Positions 30,805 to 42,318 are shown, numbered from the stretch's first letter. The stretch: 64,000 nt of DNA from Candidatus Bathyarchaeota archaeon (GCA_963827165.1 CAWGZR010000010.1:160001-224000); one strand, 5' to 3'. Made by a program: numbers and translations. Notes: generated by a model from the sequence alone, not told the origin.

Positions 30805-31716
30805 ATGCACCTAATCAACTTCAAAGAGCTATCAGCCAAAGATCTTAACGCACTCGTTGATCTAGGATTAGAAGTCAAGCATGAACCCAAAAAGTACCGA
30901 AAAGGTTTTGAGGAAAAATCCGCGGCGTTGATTTTCCAGAAAACCTCAACTCGGACAAGAGTTGCCTTCGAAGTTGCTACGACTCAGCTTGGCGGTCACG
31001 GCTTGTTCATTGACTGGCGAACAACCAATTTCACATTGGCAGATATCTCGGATGAGGTCCGCTATTTGTCCCGGAATGTTGATTGCATCATGGCTCGATT
31101 GCTTTTCAATACGGATTTGATGAAGATGGCGAATGCCTCGCGTGTTCCAGTGATCAATGGTTGCGACGAAAAGTATCATCCAAGCCAGGCTTTAGCAGAT
31201 TTAATAACGATAAAAGAAAAGAATGGCACGTTAAAAGGCTCCAAACTAGTTTACATCGGCGTGCACAATAATGTATGCAATTCCCTGATTGAAGGCTGCA
31301 CCAAAACCGGAGTAAAACTTACCACAGTGACGCCGTGTTTCAATGAAGCCGCAAGGGACGATGAGTTGTTGGCTGAAGCAAAGAAAACGGGTCTTTGGCA
31401 ATCAACTTTGGATGCGACGAAAGCAGTTAAAGACGCTGATTTCGTTTACACCGATACCTGGATTGATATGGAGTTTTTCACCGACCCAAAGTTTGCAGAT
31501 GAAAAAGAGAAGAGGATTAAACTTATGATGCCCTATCAAATTAACGCTGAACTGCTCAAAGGAAGCAACTCATACATTATGCATGACATGCCGATCCACC
31601 GCGGTTACGAGATAAGCGCAGAAGCCATCGAGAACCCGAAGTCAGTGATTTATGAACAAGCTGAGAACCGCTTGTACTCAGCAAAGGCAATATTGCTCAC
31701 GCTCATGAAGGCTTGA
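30805..31716 (+). CDS. argF: Ornithine carbamoyltransferase family
   Basis: FQKTSTRT, HPSQ, YTDTW, QAENR; non-canonical DME and HDMP motifs. Confidence 0.82.
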   Translation: MHLINFKELSAKDLNALVDLGLEVKHEPKKYRKGFEEKSAALIFQKTSTRTRVAFEVATTQLGGHGLFIDWRTTNFTLADISDEVRYLSRNVDCIMARLLFNTDLMKMANASRVPVINGCDEKYHPSQALADLITIKEKNGTLKGSKLVYIGVHNNVCNSLIEGCTKTGVKLTTVTPCFNEAARDDELLAEAKKTGLWQSTLDATKAVKDADFVYTDTWIDMEFFTDPKFADEKEKRIKLMMPYQINAELLKGSNSYIMHDMPIHRGYEISAEAIENPKSVIYEQAENRLYSAKAILLTLMKA

Positions 31717-31801
31717 CCATTTTGGCTTGCCTTCGTAGCTTTCTTGGTGAATGTTTAGTTTAGGGGAAAATTTATTATTAATCCAAAACCCAATACCATT
31801 T

Positions 31802-32344
31802 ATGACTCTGCTTGTGGCTTTCCTACGAGGAATAAACGTTGGCGGGCACGTTGTCAAGAAGGAGCAACTTCAAGAAGCCTTCAAGTCGTTGGGGTTTCAA
31901 AACGTAATTACTTTTCGGCAGAGCGGCAACGTAGTTTTCGAAACGCAAACAACAAGGCCGGAAGAATTCGAAAAGACAATTGGTGAAAAACTTCGCACAT
32001 TGCTCGGTTATGACGTCGCAGTCTTTGTTCGTACAATTCCCGAGCTTAAGGACATTATTGGTTCAGACCCATTTAAGGGGCTGCCAAAAGAAGGTACCAG
32101 CTTCTTGGTCACTTTATTGCCAAATTCGCCCGACAGGTTCCCTTTGCAGTTACCCGTAATTATTCCCAAATCAACCGCGCAAATCATTTCAGTTAAGGGC
32201 TTGGAGGTTTTCAGCGTAACTCATGGCGGCGGAGAAGGCGCATTGCCCAACCCTTATGTGGAGTCAAAGCTAAAAGTTAAAACGACCACTCGCAACATGA
32301 ACATAATAAAAGAAATCGTGGAAAAATACGGCGGAAGCCACTGA
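31802..32344 (+). CDS. DUF1697 family protein
   Basis: AFLRGINVGG, QSGNVVF, TTRN. Confidence 0.9.
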   Translation: MTLLVAFLRGINVGGHVVKKEQLQEAFKSLGFQNVITFRQSGNVVFETQTTRPEEFEKTIGEKLRTLLGYDVAVFVRTIPELKDIIGSDPFKGLPKEGTSFLVTLLPNSPDRFPLQLPVIIPKSTAQIISVKGLEVFSVTHGGGEGALPNPYVESKLKVKTTTRNMNIIKEIVEKYGGSH

Positions 32345-32533
32345 AAAACGGCAGTAAAGAACGTTGAAGCATTAGCGGTTAAACGTCATAAGCGATTAGC
32401 GGCAGGCTTGCCATAAGTTGTTATTGCATAATCATAAAAGCACAAAATAATTAATATAGTTAAACCAGTGCTTCACGATGAATCTATGAAAAGTCAAAAA
32501 CAGAGACCTTTCGATGTAAGATCCTATTTATGC

Positions 32534-32965
32534 TTACACCGACTTTTTGATATAGCCGCAGTCGTAGCATTTTCCATTGTGGACACAAACCACGCCGCCG
32601 CAGGTTGGGCATCGAAACTTCTCTACCTGATCCTTCAGAAACACGTCCATTCCTTTGGTTTTCAACATTTTCAGGTTTTCAACCATGCTCATCCCGTAGC
32701 GTTCCCGATAACGATTGTCAAGGTGGCTTAGTTTTTCGCATGGCATCGAATTACATTCGCTGCAGCTTTTGATATCATGGTGGGTTAGTTGTTTGCAGTT
32801 TCTTTTTATGTAGCAGTTTTTGGCTCTGGGCATGCAGCCTGCACAATGGGTGACTTGGCCTCTCTTTCGCGGAAGACCATACGTGAAAGCTATGTAGCCT
32901 TTGCATGAGGCACAGTTCATGCCGCATGGAGCAACTAATTCGGAATCAAACGGCTCTTTGTTCAT
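32534..32965 (-). CDS. DUF3795 Cys-rich protein
   Basis: APCGMNCASC, CAGC, CSEC..MPC, CPTCGG..CVH..C..CG. Confidence 0.85.
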   Translation of the reverse strand: MNKEPFDSELVAPCGMNCASCKGYIAFTYGLPRKRGQVTHCAGCMPRAKNCYIKRNCKQLTHHDIKSCSECNSMPCEKLSHLDNRYRERYGMSMVENLKMLKTKGMDVFLKDQVEKFRCPTCGGVVCVHNGKCYDCGYIKKSV

Positions 32966-33271
32966 AGCTTAGCATTAGATCAGACAGGACTTAACATTTT
33001 TGTCGTTTTCTTCTTTAGGCGATTTGCCATCATAATAAATTAGAATTGACCCCGACAGACTCAGAAAGCACTCATGGAACTAACAAAATCCAATCATTAC
33101 CGTAAAAATACTGAGAGGCTAAATTGGATAACAATGGACGAATTTAAGAAGAGGTAAAACAGAAGATAACAACTGAAATTAGGAGTTTTATCGTGTACGA
33201 TTTTCTTTTTGAATTTCTTTTTTAACCTTTGGCGTCAGCTTTCTTGGAAAAAACTTTACGAGTTCAATTTG

Positions 33272-34967
33272 TTAGGCGCCTTTGCGCCAACGAATCAAGC
33301 GTTTTCTAGTCACCAAGATAATTAACGCTAACAGAACTACTACGAAAAGAATTGTTGCAGTCGCAATCTCAAGGTTTTTGTTTGACGCCGGTGGCGTTGG
33401 GATCGGTGAATTTGAGGGTGAAATTATAGGCGAAGGCGAAAGAGTTGGAGTAGGCGTTGAGGTTGGTACGTAAGTTGGAAGCGGAGAAGCGGTAGGCGGG
33501 TATGTTGGGTGATAAGTCGGCCCCGGGGTTTCTGGATGTACTGAAGTAGGAATAGGCGTGGGCGTTGGAGTTGCTTCTGGAGGTTGAGCGACGAAATCTG
33601 CTGGTTCAATAAGTGTAGATTGAGGCGTTTGACTGAAATCAAAGGAAGCATTCATGTCGTTGGAGATAGCGTCCCTAGCATGTAAAGTTGGAACGTTGAA
33701 TGTGTGTTCCGCTAGAGCAAGCATGGACGAAAATTCGTACTGGGTATTATCGATGAAATTATGTTTTGCCCACGGAGAAATAACCAGCGCTGGTACCCTG
33801 AAGCCTAAGCCACTCGAATCTATTTGCGGAGGCGCCACATGATCGTAGAAACCTCCATAATCATCCCAAGTTACCACGATTGCCGTAGATTGCCAATACG
33901 AACTAGACATTACTTGATTTACAAGGTAGGAAACGTAATCCATTCCGGCGTCAGGACGCGCAGGTGGATGTTCGCTCACAGACTGATTGACGAATGCTGA
34001 TGGAAAGCCAGGAGGCTGCCACATCCCAGGCATTATCCAGCTCACCGCTGGTAAACTATCATTTGCGATATCTGAGACAAAAGTCCGAGGTGCTTTTCAC
34101 GTGCTCAGTAAGTTGGTCTGGGTTTTGTTGGAAGTAACTGAATAATGGAAGAACATCCCAAATCGTCGGCGTCGTCGGATTTGCATTGCCGTCGTACCAT
34201 GTCCAAGTTTGATTTGCAAGAGAAAGCTCTTCAGCAAGAGTAGTCCAGGTCAGGCTAGCACCGGGCCATTCGACTTCAAGTTGGTTAGGAGAGTCTAATG
34301 GACCGCTGGGAGGGTTTTCTATAATGTTTCCATTTGAGACCCAAGGTTCACTTGAGTTGATCGGGCCGTCAGCGCCTGAGGCAATGTAAAGATGATTTGG
34401 AAAACTGGGACCCATTTCCGAAGAAAAGAAGTTGTCATCAAGAACATAGTTGTCTGCGTAGTCCCAATAGTAAGGGATGTCGCTTCTATCATAGTACCCC
34501 ATTGTTAAGCTGTCTCCTTCGGCTTGGACGAAACCATCCATTTTTCCATTGTCATAATCTTCTTGCGCCACTTCTGCGGAGTGATCAAGATTGGCGGTCG
34601 ACTGGGCGCTCAGATGAAAGGGCGAGACCGAATCGAAAGCTTCCTGCGGAAGATCATCTGGGTCAGCTACACCGGGCGGAAGCTCGTCACCAACTATTGA
34701 TACAGGAACAGTGGCGCTGAGATGATATGGCTGTACGTACCCCATAGACGTGTCAGAGAGGCTAACTGGAAGGGAAGTACCGGGTGGAATGCCGTTGGCT
34801 CCGGGATAAGTTCCGAAGTAATTGTCAAAGGAGTGGTTTTCCTGAACTATGAATATTAAATGCTGAATTTTCGACGTTTGCCCGCTCGAAAGATGAATGG
34901 GAGTCGTCACTCCTGCAACCAAGAAAAAAGTCAAGATTAAAAAAACGGCTAAAATCTTTAATTTCAT
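33272..34967 (-). CDS. Secreted, C-terminally anchored phosphoesterase / phospholipase C family; split by a +1 frameshift at the A4 run 34079-34082
   Basis: [37 protein letters not shown]; repaired junction [16 protein letters not shown]; PT linker and TM tail. Confidence 0.88.
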
Positions 34968-35271
34968 GACCTACTAGCACTTCGCTCCCAAAAATAAAGC
35001 ATACTAAAACATTTTGGATAAGCCTGAAGCGTTTTATAAACTCAGCGGTCGCGACGGCGAAACAACGGGTTATCATAAAGTCGGCGGTTGTTTAGAGGTC
35101 CGATATCCATTCTTTTTTAGCAAACTTTGCGGCTTATAGCTGCAAAGATATTGATTTGAGCATTTTGGGGAAAAGCGTAAAAGGAAGTTTAATCTAGACT
35201 TATGTTAGGAGGAGTTCTCAATTTTTAGGAAAAGCAGAGGCTTAGTCGTTTTTGTCTGTATAACACTTATC

Positions 35272-36801
35272 GTGATTCTTGTCCTTGCTATGGGGTTTTT
35301 TAAACCTCAAAAAAACGTGATTGAAACACTCCCTCCCGAAAATTCAGCCTTGCCCTATACGGTTGACACTTACGGAAATGCTTGGGATGGGCCCATAGCT
35401 TTTGGATTATCAGGACCTAACGGAATAAACTATCTGGTTATAATGGATACAAACGGAACGTTGCTGGATCTTCGAACCTCAACTGGCGGTTATGGAGCCG
35501 TAAAAAACATTGCTCAGAACACTTTTCTATTTCAAGGCGAACCACAGCTAAGCGGAGGGGCACAAATCGCACCTAATTGGGCAACACACATCTGGAACGT
35601 CGCCTCAAACACAACACAGGATTTTCCAAACGTGATTTCGCATCACGATGTCGATTACAACCCGATCAACAACACATTTCTCACGTTGCAGGATTACGTC
35701 AGGCAAGTTGGAAACAATTTTTATCTGATAGACAAAATACTAAAGGTTGATGCCCAAGGCAACGTCCTGTGGACTTGGGACGCGTATAATTATTTGCCTC
35801 TGAGCGACGCCGATCCCTTCAATAACACATCGGTCTACAACGGACAGCCAGTCATAGATTTCACCCACACTAACGCTCTTCTCTGGGATTACAACAACGA
35901 CATAATCTATCTGAACGTTCGGAACACCAACACATTTTACAAAATAAACGAGACCACTGGAAACATAATTTGGGGATGCGGTCAATTTGGCAACTTTACG
36001 CTTGTGGATGCCAACGGTTCTGTGCTTCCAAACGGACAAAGCCTTTGGTATCACAGTCATGATCTTGAACAGGTTGCGCCAAACGTTTTCACGATGTTTA
36101 ACGACGATTTCGACAACGTAACAAACTACAACGACGCAAACAGCCAGATGATAGAGTTTACGTTAAACGAGAAGAACATGACAGCCACAATGATTCGAAG
36201 TTGGACTGCGCCAGAACAGTATTACTCATCATACTTGGGGGCAACAGACTTGCTACCAAATGGAGACTGGCTAGGCGACTTCGGAACACCAACCCACCAA
36301 TTTGCCGAAAACCAACCTTGGAACTTCAACGATACTGGAGCTGTTTTGATCGATGTGAACGCAGCCGGACAAATAGTGAGGACCATAACGTTCCCAACAG
36401 GCTGGGCAATCTACAGAAATCAGATAGTGACAAACATAACCAGTGACGCTCTTAGTCCAATACCGACACCAACTCTGACCACACCAACCACCTCAACGCC
36501 GTCAGCATCGACGGGGCAGATGTTTCCATTCCCATATCAATCAACCACTGCGACTCCCGCGCCGACCGCAACCGCAACAAAAACAACAGCTCCAACCAGC
36601 ACCGCGAGACCGACACCCAAACCATCAGCTAACGTCTTATCCAAATCGCCAAGTTCGATCGATTCAATAATCATCACGATTGCTGTAATTGTTATTGTGA
36701 TCGTAGCTGTAAGTCTTGCTTACTTGAAAAAAATAAGGCCAAAAAATAGCATCACAAGTGATACAGGTAACTATCTTAGGATTTCACGACATAATTCTTA
36801 A
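35272..36801 (+). CDS. Arylsulfotransferase (ASST)-like surface protein
   Basis: SHHD, DFTHTNAL, WYHSHD, LPNG motifs; Thr/Pro linker and C-terminal TM. Confidence 0.75.
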   Translation: MILVLAMGFFKPQKNVIETLPPENSALPYTVDTYGNAWDGPIAFGLSGPNGINYLVIMDTNGTLLDLRTSTGGYGAVKNIAQNTFLFQGEPQLSGGAQIAPNWATHIWNVASNTTQDFPNVISHHDVDYNPINNTFLTLQDYVRQVGNNFYLIDKILKVDAQGNVLWTWDAYNYLPLSDADPFNNTSVYNGQPVIDFTHTNALLWDYNNDIIYLNVRNTNTFYKINETTGNIIWGCGQFGNFTLVDANGSVLPNGQSLWYHSHDLEQVAPNVFTMFNDDFDNVTNYNDANSQMIEFTLNEKNMTATMIRSWTAPEQYYSSYLGATDLLPNGDWLGDFGTPTHQFAENQPWNFNDTGAVLIDVNAAGQIVRTITFPTGWAIYRNQIVTNITSDALSPIPTPTLTTPTTSTPSASTGQMFPFPYQSTTATPAPTATATKTTAPTSTARPTPKPSANVLSKSPSSIDSIIITIAVIVIVIVAVSLAYLKKIRPKNSITSDTGNYLRISRHNS

Positions 36802-37011
36802 TAAGAAATGTAAATGCCTGAAAACAAAAGAATTCCGCATTTAAATGGACATCAAACAAGGTGTTCCATAATAAAATTGCAGAAGCAACGAGGATCGATA
36901 GTTTGGATGATTGAAATAGTTTTTGCGCTGCGCCTCGGTTGTTAAGCGACTAACACGGTTACGCTCATCTTTAAACAGAGAGAAACATAAGATTCAGATG
37001 GAGACAAATTA

Positions 37012-37179
37012 TTGAAGAAAAAAGAAAGCGTAGAAGTAAATGAGGCAGAAACTTTTGAGTCCTACAACGAGAAAATGAGAAAGAAATATGGTGACAACTG
37101 GCTAGGAAAAGGCAAATGCACGGGACTAAAGTTTAAACGTTGGTTAGCTCTACGCGATAATAAAACGGAGATTCCGTGA
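37012..37179 (+). CDS. Small hypothetical protein (55 aa), below the track cutoff
   Basis: GGAG RBS plus TTG; MKKKESVEVNEAETFESYNEKMRKKYGDNWLGKGKC... Confidence 0.4.
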   Translation: MKKKESVEVNEAETFESYNEKMRKKYGDNWLGKGKCTGLKFKRWLALRDNKTEIP

Positions 37180-37348
37180 AGAAAGCGAAGAATCTCGTTC
37201 GGCATAGTAACTATTCAGGGTCCCGATGGGGTCATTTAATAGCCAAATTGGCGAATAATTATTTTAAATATGTTTTCTAGGTTAATACATCTTTTAAGCA
37301 CCATTGAATCTTTAGTTCAGTCAACAAGAATCACGTGATTCTTAAGAG

Positions 37349-38305
37349 ATGCCAATTAAGATGCTGACGAAGCCAAACGCCCACATAGAAGAAATGGCAT
37401 GTTTCACCACCGACTCCTGTTATAAAGGAAAAGTCTCAGTTAATTCAAAAATAAAACTGAAAGACTTAGATACTGGGTGGGCGCAAAATGAGGAAGCCAA
37501 ATTCTTAGGAAAAGGCAAACTAAAGAAAATGGCAAGCAGACTGTTAGAACAGAACTGCCGAGAATTGTCGAAAGCGCAGGAGTTACTTTATGCAAGCAAT
37601 TCTTACTCTTTACTGGTCATATTGCAAGGTATGGATGCAGCTGGCAAAGACGGCATTATCAAACATGTAATGTCAGGAGTTAACCCGCAAGGTTGTCAAG
37701 TGACAAGTTTCAAGCAGCCATCAACTAGAGAGTTGGAGCATGATTTTCTATGGCGACAAATCGTATCTTTACCTGAAAAAGGCGACATAGGCATTTTTAA
37801 CAGATCATACTACGAAGAAGTTTTGATTGTTAAAGTTCATAGAAATCTTTTAGAAAAACAAAATCTTCCGACGAGAAAATACGACAACGAGTTTTGGAAA
37901 AACCGCTATGAGGACATATCAAATTTTGAACATCATCTTGTTCGAAACGGAACACTAGTTTTAAAGTTTTTTTTACATATTTCAAAAGAAGAGCAGGAAA
38001 AACGTTTTGCTGAACGTTTATACGACACTGACAAATGTTGGAAATTTTCGGATGCTGACATTAAAGAAAGAGATTATTGGGATGATTACATGAAAGCATA
38101 CGAGGACATGATAAACAATACAAGCACACAATGGGCTCCTTGGTATATCATTCCAGCAGACTACAAATGGCTATCTCGTTCTCTTGTTGCCGATATAATC
38201 ACCACAAGCATATTGTCTTTGAATATCAAATTTCCGGTCTTAAGTGAGCAGAAACTTGAAGCGATTGAAAAAGCCAAAAGAAAACTTGAATGCACAACAA
38301 AATAG
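37349..38305 (+). CDS. ppk2: Polyphosphate kinase 2 family
   Basis: QGMDAAGKDG, SFKQPS, FNRSYYE, KFFLHISK, APWYIIPAD. Confidence 0.93.
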   Translation: MPIKMLTKPNAHIEEMACFTTDSCYKGKVSVNSKIKLKDLDTGWAQNEEAKFLGKGKLKKMASRLLEQNCRELSKAQELLYASNSYSLLVILQGMDAAGKDGIIKHVMSGVNPQGCQVTSFKQPSTRELEHDFLWRQIVSLPEKGDIGIFNRSYYEEVLIVKVHRNLLEKQNLPTRKYDNEFWKNRYEDISNFEHHLVRNGTLVLKFFLHISKEEQEKRFAERLYDTDKCWKFSDADIKERDYWDDYMKAYEDMINNTSTQWAPWYIIPADYKWLSRSLVADIITTSILSLNIKFPVLSEQKLEAIEKAKRKLECTTK

Positions 38306-38647
38306 CAGACCATGATAAGTTATCTTTCGAAGCAAGCATGTTTCACTATTGACATATTCAAGCGGTTCGTTGGCTTGAAATTTAATACTCTAATAATTAG
38401 ATCAACTGTGAGTTTGGGCATTGTAACATAATCATTGCTGAAGTTTCTAACATAATTCTAAATATGAAATCAATGATGATTCGTGATTATTTAAGCAATT
38501 TAAAGACGGTACGGCAAACTGAAAAGGTCATTGCTTCAAGTTAACGGTTTTTCGATGCCTCATCATCACCACGACTGAGAACAAAGAAAGAAGCGGCGTC
38601 ACAGCAACTTACTCCAAAACGTAATGAAGGGACGCGTCAGCGCGCAT

Positions 38648-38935
38648 TTAGAACACACTATTTTTCAATTCAATTAAAGTTTTTAGCACCAGTTTAAGCG
38701 CAGAGTCGTAGCCGCCGTAGTATTCTGTGCTTTGGTCTGGGTCCGCATACGCTCGCTCCACCATCTCTTTTTCAATACCTTCGTTAGTCAGCTGGATTGA
38801 ACCTTCTTTTAGCCATATCAAAGCATCCACATACCCGTGTTCTGAGTCTGAAAGCTCATCTGTTTCAGATGATTCTGCCTTCCGCCTGATTATTTCATCA
38901 ATCTTTTCTTTTAACTTGTTCTCAACTTTGCTCAC
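38648..38935 (-). CDS. Hypothetical protein with an internal two-fold repeat
   Basis: GYVDALIWL and GYDSALKLVL segments. Confidence 0.55.
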   Translation of the reverse strand: MSKVENKLKEKIDEIIRRKAESSETDELSDSEHGYVDALIWLKEGSIQLTNEGIEKEMVERAYADPDQSTEYYGGYDSALKLVLKTLIELKNSVF

Positions 38936-39216
38936 TTCTTTCCACCCGTTCGATTACTGCCTTGTTATGGAGTTAAATATTTGTTTGCTCATTTGCGATG
39001 CTTTTTTGGGTCTTAATGAAAAAAACATTGGTTAGCAGTCTGTTCTTTTCTTTCAGCCTTCAGCAAACAAGGTGAAGCGCAAACTGTCTTAAGATATTTA
39101 TAGCGGAATTATCGCAAGAAATCCCCCACATAATGCAAAGGCAGTAATTCCCGAATACATAAGGGATAAAGTTAACTTATCGGCTCAGGCATTCTGTACT
39201 TGTTGAGTTGATTTTT

Positions 39217-39651
39217 ATGTCCTGGTTAAAAGGTATGCGAGAAAAAGAGCCACCAGAACCCGTGAATCCGATCGGAACAGTTGTGCTAGGTACGCTTCAT
39301 CCGGATATTATGGATACTGCTAAAGAAATGGTTAGAAAATCGCTCAAAGCAGCACAATTCAAAACCATTGACGCGGGAAAAGGCATTTCTCCGGATGCTT
39401 TCGTGGCTAAGGCGAAACAAGCAAACGCTGACATTCTCGTGGTGACGGTTGGTCTAACAGCAGCCAAAGAAAACTTACCTAAACTAATCGCGGAGATAGA
39501 GAATGAGGGTTTGAAGGGAAAAATCACGGTAATGATAGGCGGAGCTGCGGTCACAAAGGAAGACGCAGATAAGATAGGCACATTGTTTGGCAAAACTCGG
39601 GAAGAAGCAGTGGTTCTCGCTAAGAAAGTAATTCAGAATAAAAAAACCTAA
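39217..39651 (+). CDS. Stand-alone cobalamin (B12)-binding domain protein with a degenerate DxHxxG motif
   Basis: VVLGTL..DIMDTAK, DAGKGI, VMIGGAAVT match the corrinoid-protein fold. Confidence 0.75.
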   Translation: MSWLKGMREKEPPEPVNPIGTVVLGTLHPDIMDTAKEMVRKSLKAAQFKTIDAGKGISPDAFVAKAKQANADILVVTVGLTAAKENLPKLIAEIENEGLKGKITVMIGGAAVTKEDADKIGTLFGKTREEAVVLAKKVIQNKKT

Positions 39652-39906
39652 CTTCCTTGCAAGTCGAAACGTGGCCTTGAAATCCAAGGATCAATGTCAC
39701 TTCCAATAAGTAGTTATAAGCTATGCTCGATTGCCATAAAACGCAGCTTATATCTTTGGTAATTGTCGTTGGGATGGAAGAGGTCATTGCTAAAAGATAG
39801 CAATTTTTTCTATGTCTAACTGTGACACCCAAAATGAATACGGAAAAAGGCAAAAGCAGAATGACAAGACATGATAGCTCTGGACTTTTTTGGAAACAAG
39901 CTCTCA

Positions 39907-40335
39907 TTAAACGATGTTGTAAATATGTATAATCAATCCGAGAACCAATGCGAAAATCCAAATCACGAAAGCTGGTAACATTAGCCTCCACGCTCTTGAA
40001 CAACCGAGCTCCCCCAAAGGATGACTTATCCACGTAACAATAATGCCAAAACCTAACGCTATGGCAGCGATTCCAAAGGCAGCATGAAGCCAAACAATTG
40101 CTGATTGAACAATTGATAATTTGCCGATGAGAGCTAAATTACTGCTTAGAACAGGAATCATTACGTAGAATACGGTGGCAAGGTTTAATGCAAGCGCCAA
40201 GATGCTGAGAAATCCATGCATTATGAGGTTTCTATTCTTGGTTCTTATTCTGTAAGGATAAACTCCTACAGTAAGCAATAGTAATGCCACTATTTGAATG
40301 ATAGAAACTACATTACCTTCAAAGTCAAGCACCAT
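39907..40335 (-). CDS. Four-TM membrane protein (DUF420-like)
   Basis: Four TM helices with conserved-looking His (MHG, WLH). Confidence 0.55.
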   Translation of the reverse strand: MVLDFEGNVVSIIQIVALLLLTVGVYPYRIRTKNRNLIMHGFLSILALALNLATVFYVMIPVLSSNLALIGKLSIVQSAIVWLHAAFGIAAIALGFGIIVTWISHPLGELGCSRAWRLMLPAFVIWIFALVLGLIIHIYNIV

Positions 40336-40791
40336 AAACTAACACCGCAATGCAGATATAGTAATCATACAGCAACCGCTTAATTGGCAGTTACATCGGA
40401 AAAGGTCAGTCATACTAAATAAACAGCTCTATATTCGAGAAAACGAAATTTGGGGCAACTAAAGAAGGGATCAGTTAAATCCCGGGTATGTTGGCGATAA
40501 GTCAATGCAATATAGCGCACGCTATGACGAATCGAAAAATTCATTGCTTCACTAGAGTTTTTTTGATATGAACTATTACAGCGACAGATAAGACGGAAAG
40601 AAGCAAAGGAACAATCCCAACCAAGAGGGGGCGGCAGAGGTTAAGGTTAGTACCTTGCGGCAGAAAAACAGGCAAAATGTTAAATGGCGATAATATTAAA
40701 TAGCGTTAACTAGAGAACTGGAAGCAACCAAGAAGGGGCGCATTCTGGGTAGAGAGATCGTAAAACGAGAAAAAGTTTTCCTGGATTATGT

Positions 40792-41001
40792 GTGTTGCTT
40801 GGACTGTTATGCTTGTTTTATTTAGTTGGAGCAGCCCATGCTGATGCAATTCCGACTAGTCCTATAGTATACTATGGTTTATTTTTCGGAATTCTGTTGA
40901 GTGTAGTCATTGTTTTAGCTATTGTAGGCTGGTTGATTTTGAGAAGGATCCCTCAACAAAAAACAGGGCTAGCAAACTATTTCCTTTCTGACGGCGAATA
41001 A
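40792..41001 (+). CDS. Small membrane protein
   Basis: Signal-like AHAD plus TM. Confidence 0.45.
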   Translation: MLLGLLCLFYLVGAAHADAIPTSPIVYYGLFFGILLSVVIVLAIVGWLILRRIPQQKTGLANYFLSDGE

Positions 41002-41017
41002 CTGGGTTGCTTTCAAG

Positions 41018-41368
41018 ATGTTTGCAGGCTTTTTTGATTTCGCCATCGCTTTGTCTTTGACAATCGTCATAGAATGTAGTGTTGCCTTCGCCTTTGGATT
41101 AAGAACAAGAAACGCTTTGTTAGCCGTTTTTGCAATAAATCTAATAACCAATCCCATTCTCAACTGCTTCATCACTATTACAAAGATTCTTAATCTGTTT
41201 CAAATCAATACTTTCATTCTATTGCTCCTAGAGTTACTTGTCGTGTTCGTTGAGTGGAGAATGCTGGTTTATTCTATAGACGGAAGCCTCAAAAAACTGC
41301 TAATACTCTCATTTGTCATGAATACGTGCTCTTTTGTTTCAGGCTTGATTCTTTTCAGTTTATTTTAG
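41018..41368 (+). CDS. Four-TM hypothetical membrane protein
   Basis: LTIVIE, INLITNP, ELLVVFVE, NTCSF..G pattern. Confidence 0.65.
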   Translation: MFAGFFDFAIALSLTIVIECSVAFAFGLRTRNALLAVFAINLITNPILNCFITITKILNLFQINTFILLLLELLVVFVEWRMLVYSIDGSLKKLLILSFVMNTCSFVSGLILFSLF

Positions 41369-41580
41369 TGCTTATGGTTTCATCTTAAGTGGATGGCTTA
41401 TATTTTGGCGGGCATAATTATCGCTCGTTTAACCAACATAATTCTTAAATTCATTAATTTGGGAGCAGAAATATCTCTTTTTTTGCTACTCTCTGGGAGT
41501 AGAGATATTTCCTTTGGCATTTTGAGGTCACTGAGTAGAGGGTACTTGAAAGTTGCTTAAAAATATTATTTCTATTAAAT

Positions 41581-42008
41581 TCAAAGGTTGATTTCTTCGG
41601 GTTTCAAACTTGTTTTCTTGTTCCATAGGTCTTTTCTCATAGCGATTACCGTTTTTGCATAAGTGGCATTTTTCAGGTTTTTGAATAAATTCCTTTAGTG
41701 ATTTGATAACATCATCTGAAGCAAAAAGTAATAAGTTAAACCATTCTGTCACGTACTTCATTCTTCCAGTCTTCAAGGGTTACCAAGTCGGGTCTAAGGT
41801 GTTTAAAATACTTCATTTGGTCGGGTTCGACCACTGATTCGCATCTGAATAACTATAGCCAAATACCTTTTTTCTATTCTCTTTCTGTTCGCTAAATTTG
41901 ATTTGTTTTCTCTTATCAAAATAGTAAGTTAAAGAAGCCGCCAATGATACCAGCACTATCCCAATAAAAGCGACAATCGAAAGCGATTATCTCGTCATAG
42001 CCTACCAT
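41581..42008 (-). pseudogene. Frameshifted N-terminal-TM hypothetical cargo gene
   Basis: Pieces SIVAFIGIVLVSLAASLTYYFDKRKQ, TEWFNLLLFASDDVIKSLKEFIQ and AMRKDLWNKK in different frames. Confidence 0.5.
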
Positions 42009-42108
42009 GTTTAACAAATCTCTCCAGCTTTGCAGATTTAAGACTTGTCTACTCTAAATAGCGAAGTTACTAACCCTTGAATGTACTTAATGATAGCTCT
42101 AACCATTT

Positions 42109-42318
42109 CTATAGTAGTGGAGATTTACGCCTTATCTCATCTAATTCTCTTAAATCATTAGCGTTAAGAATACCCCTCTTGAAAAGTTCCTTTATTATTG
42201 CGCCAAGTATAAAGTAGTTTTTTCGATAAGATACTTCCAGCTTTTTAACTTCAAGCCTCAAAGAAGCTATTCTACTTTCAAGTTCAAGTTCCTTAATCTC
42301 TAATTCTTCATTAGACAC
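42109..42318 (-). CDS. Small coiled-coil protein
   Basis: Heptad-like LELESRIASLRLEVKKLE. Confidence 0.55.
   Translation of the reverse strand: MSNEELEIKELELESRIASLRLEVKKLEVSYRKNYFILGAIIKELFKRGILNANDLRELDEIRRKSPLL

Noticed and set aside
33380-36620. Pro/Thr-rich repeats as DNA repeat arrays
   Set aside because: Ordinary low-complexity linkers of surface proteins
40618-40740. CAACCAAGA(G/A)GGGGCG repeated at 40618-40633 and 40725-40740
   Set aside because: Only two good copies with no associated structure; probably a local duplication
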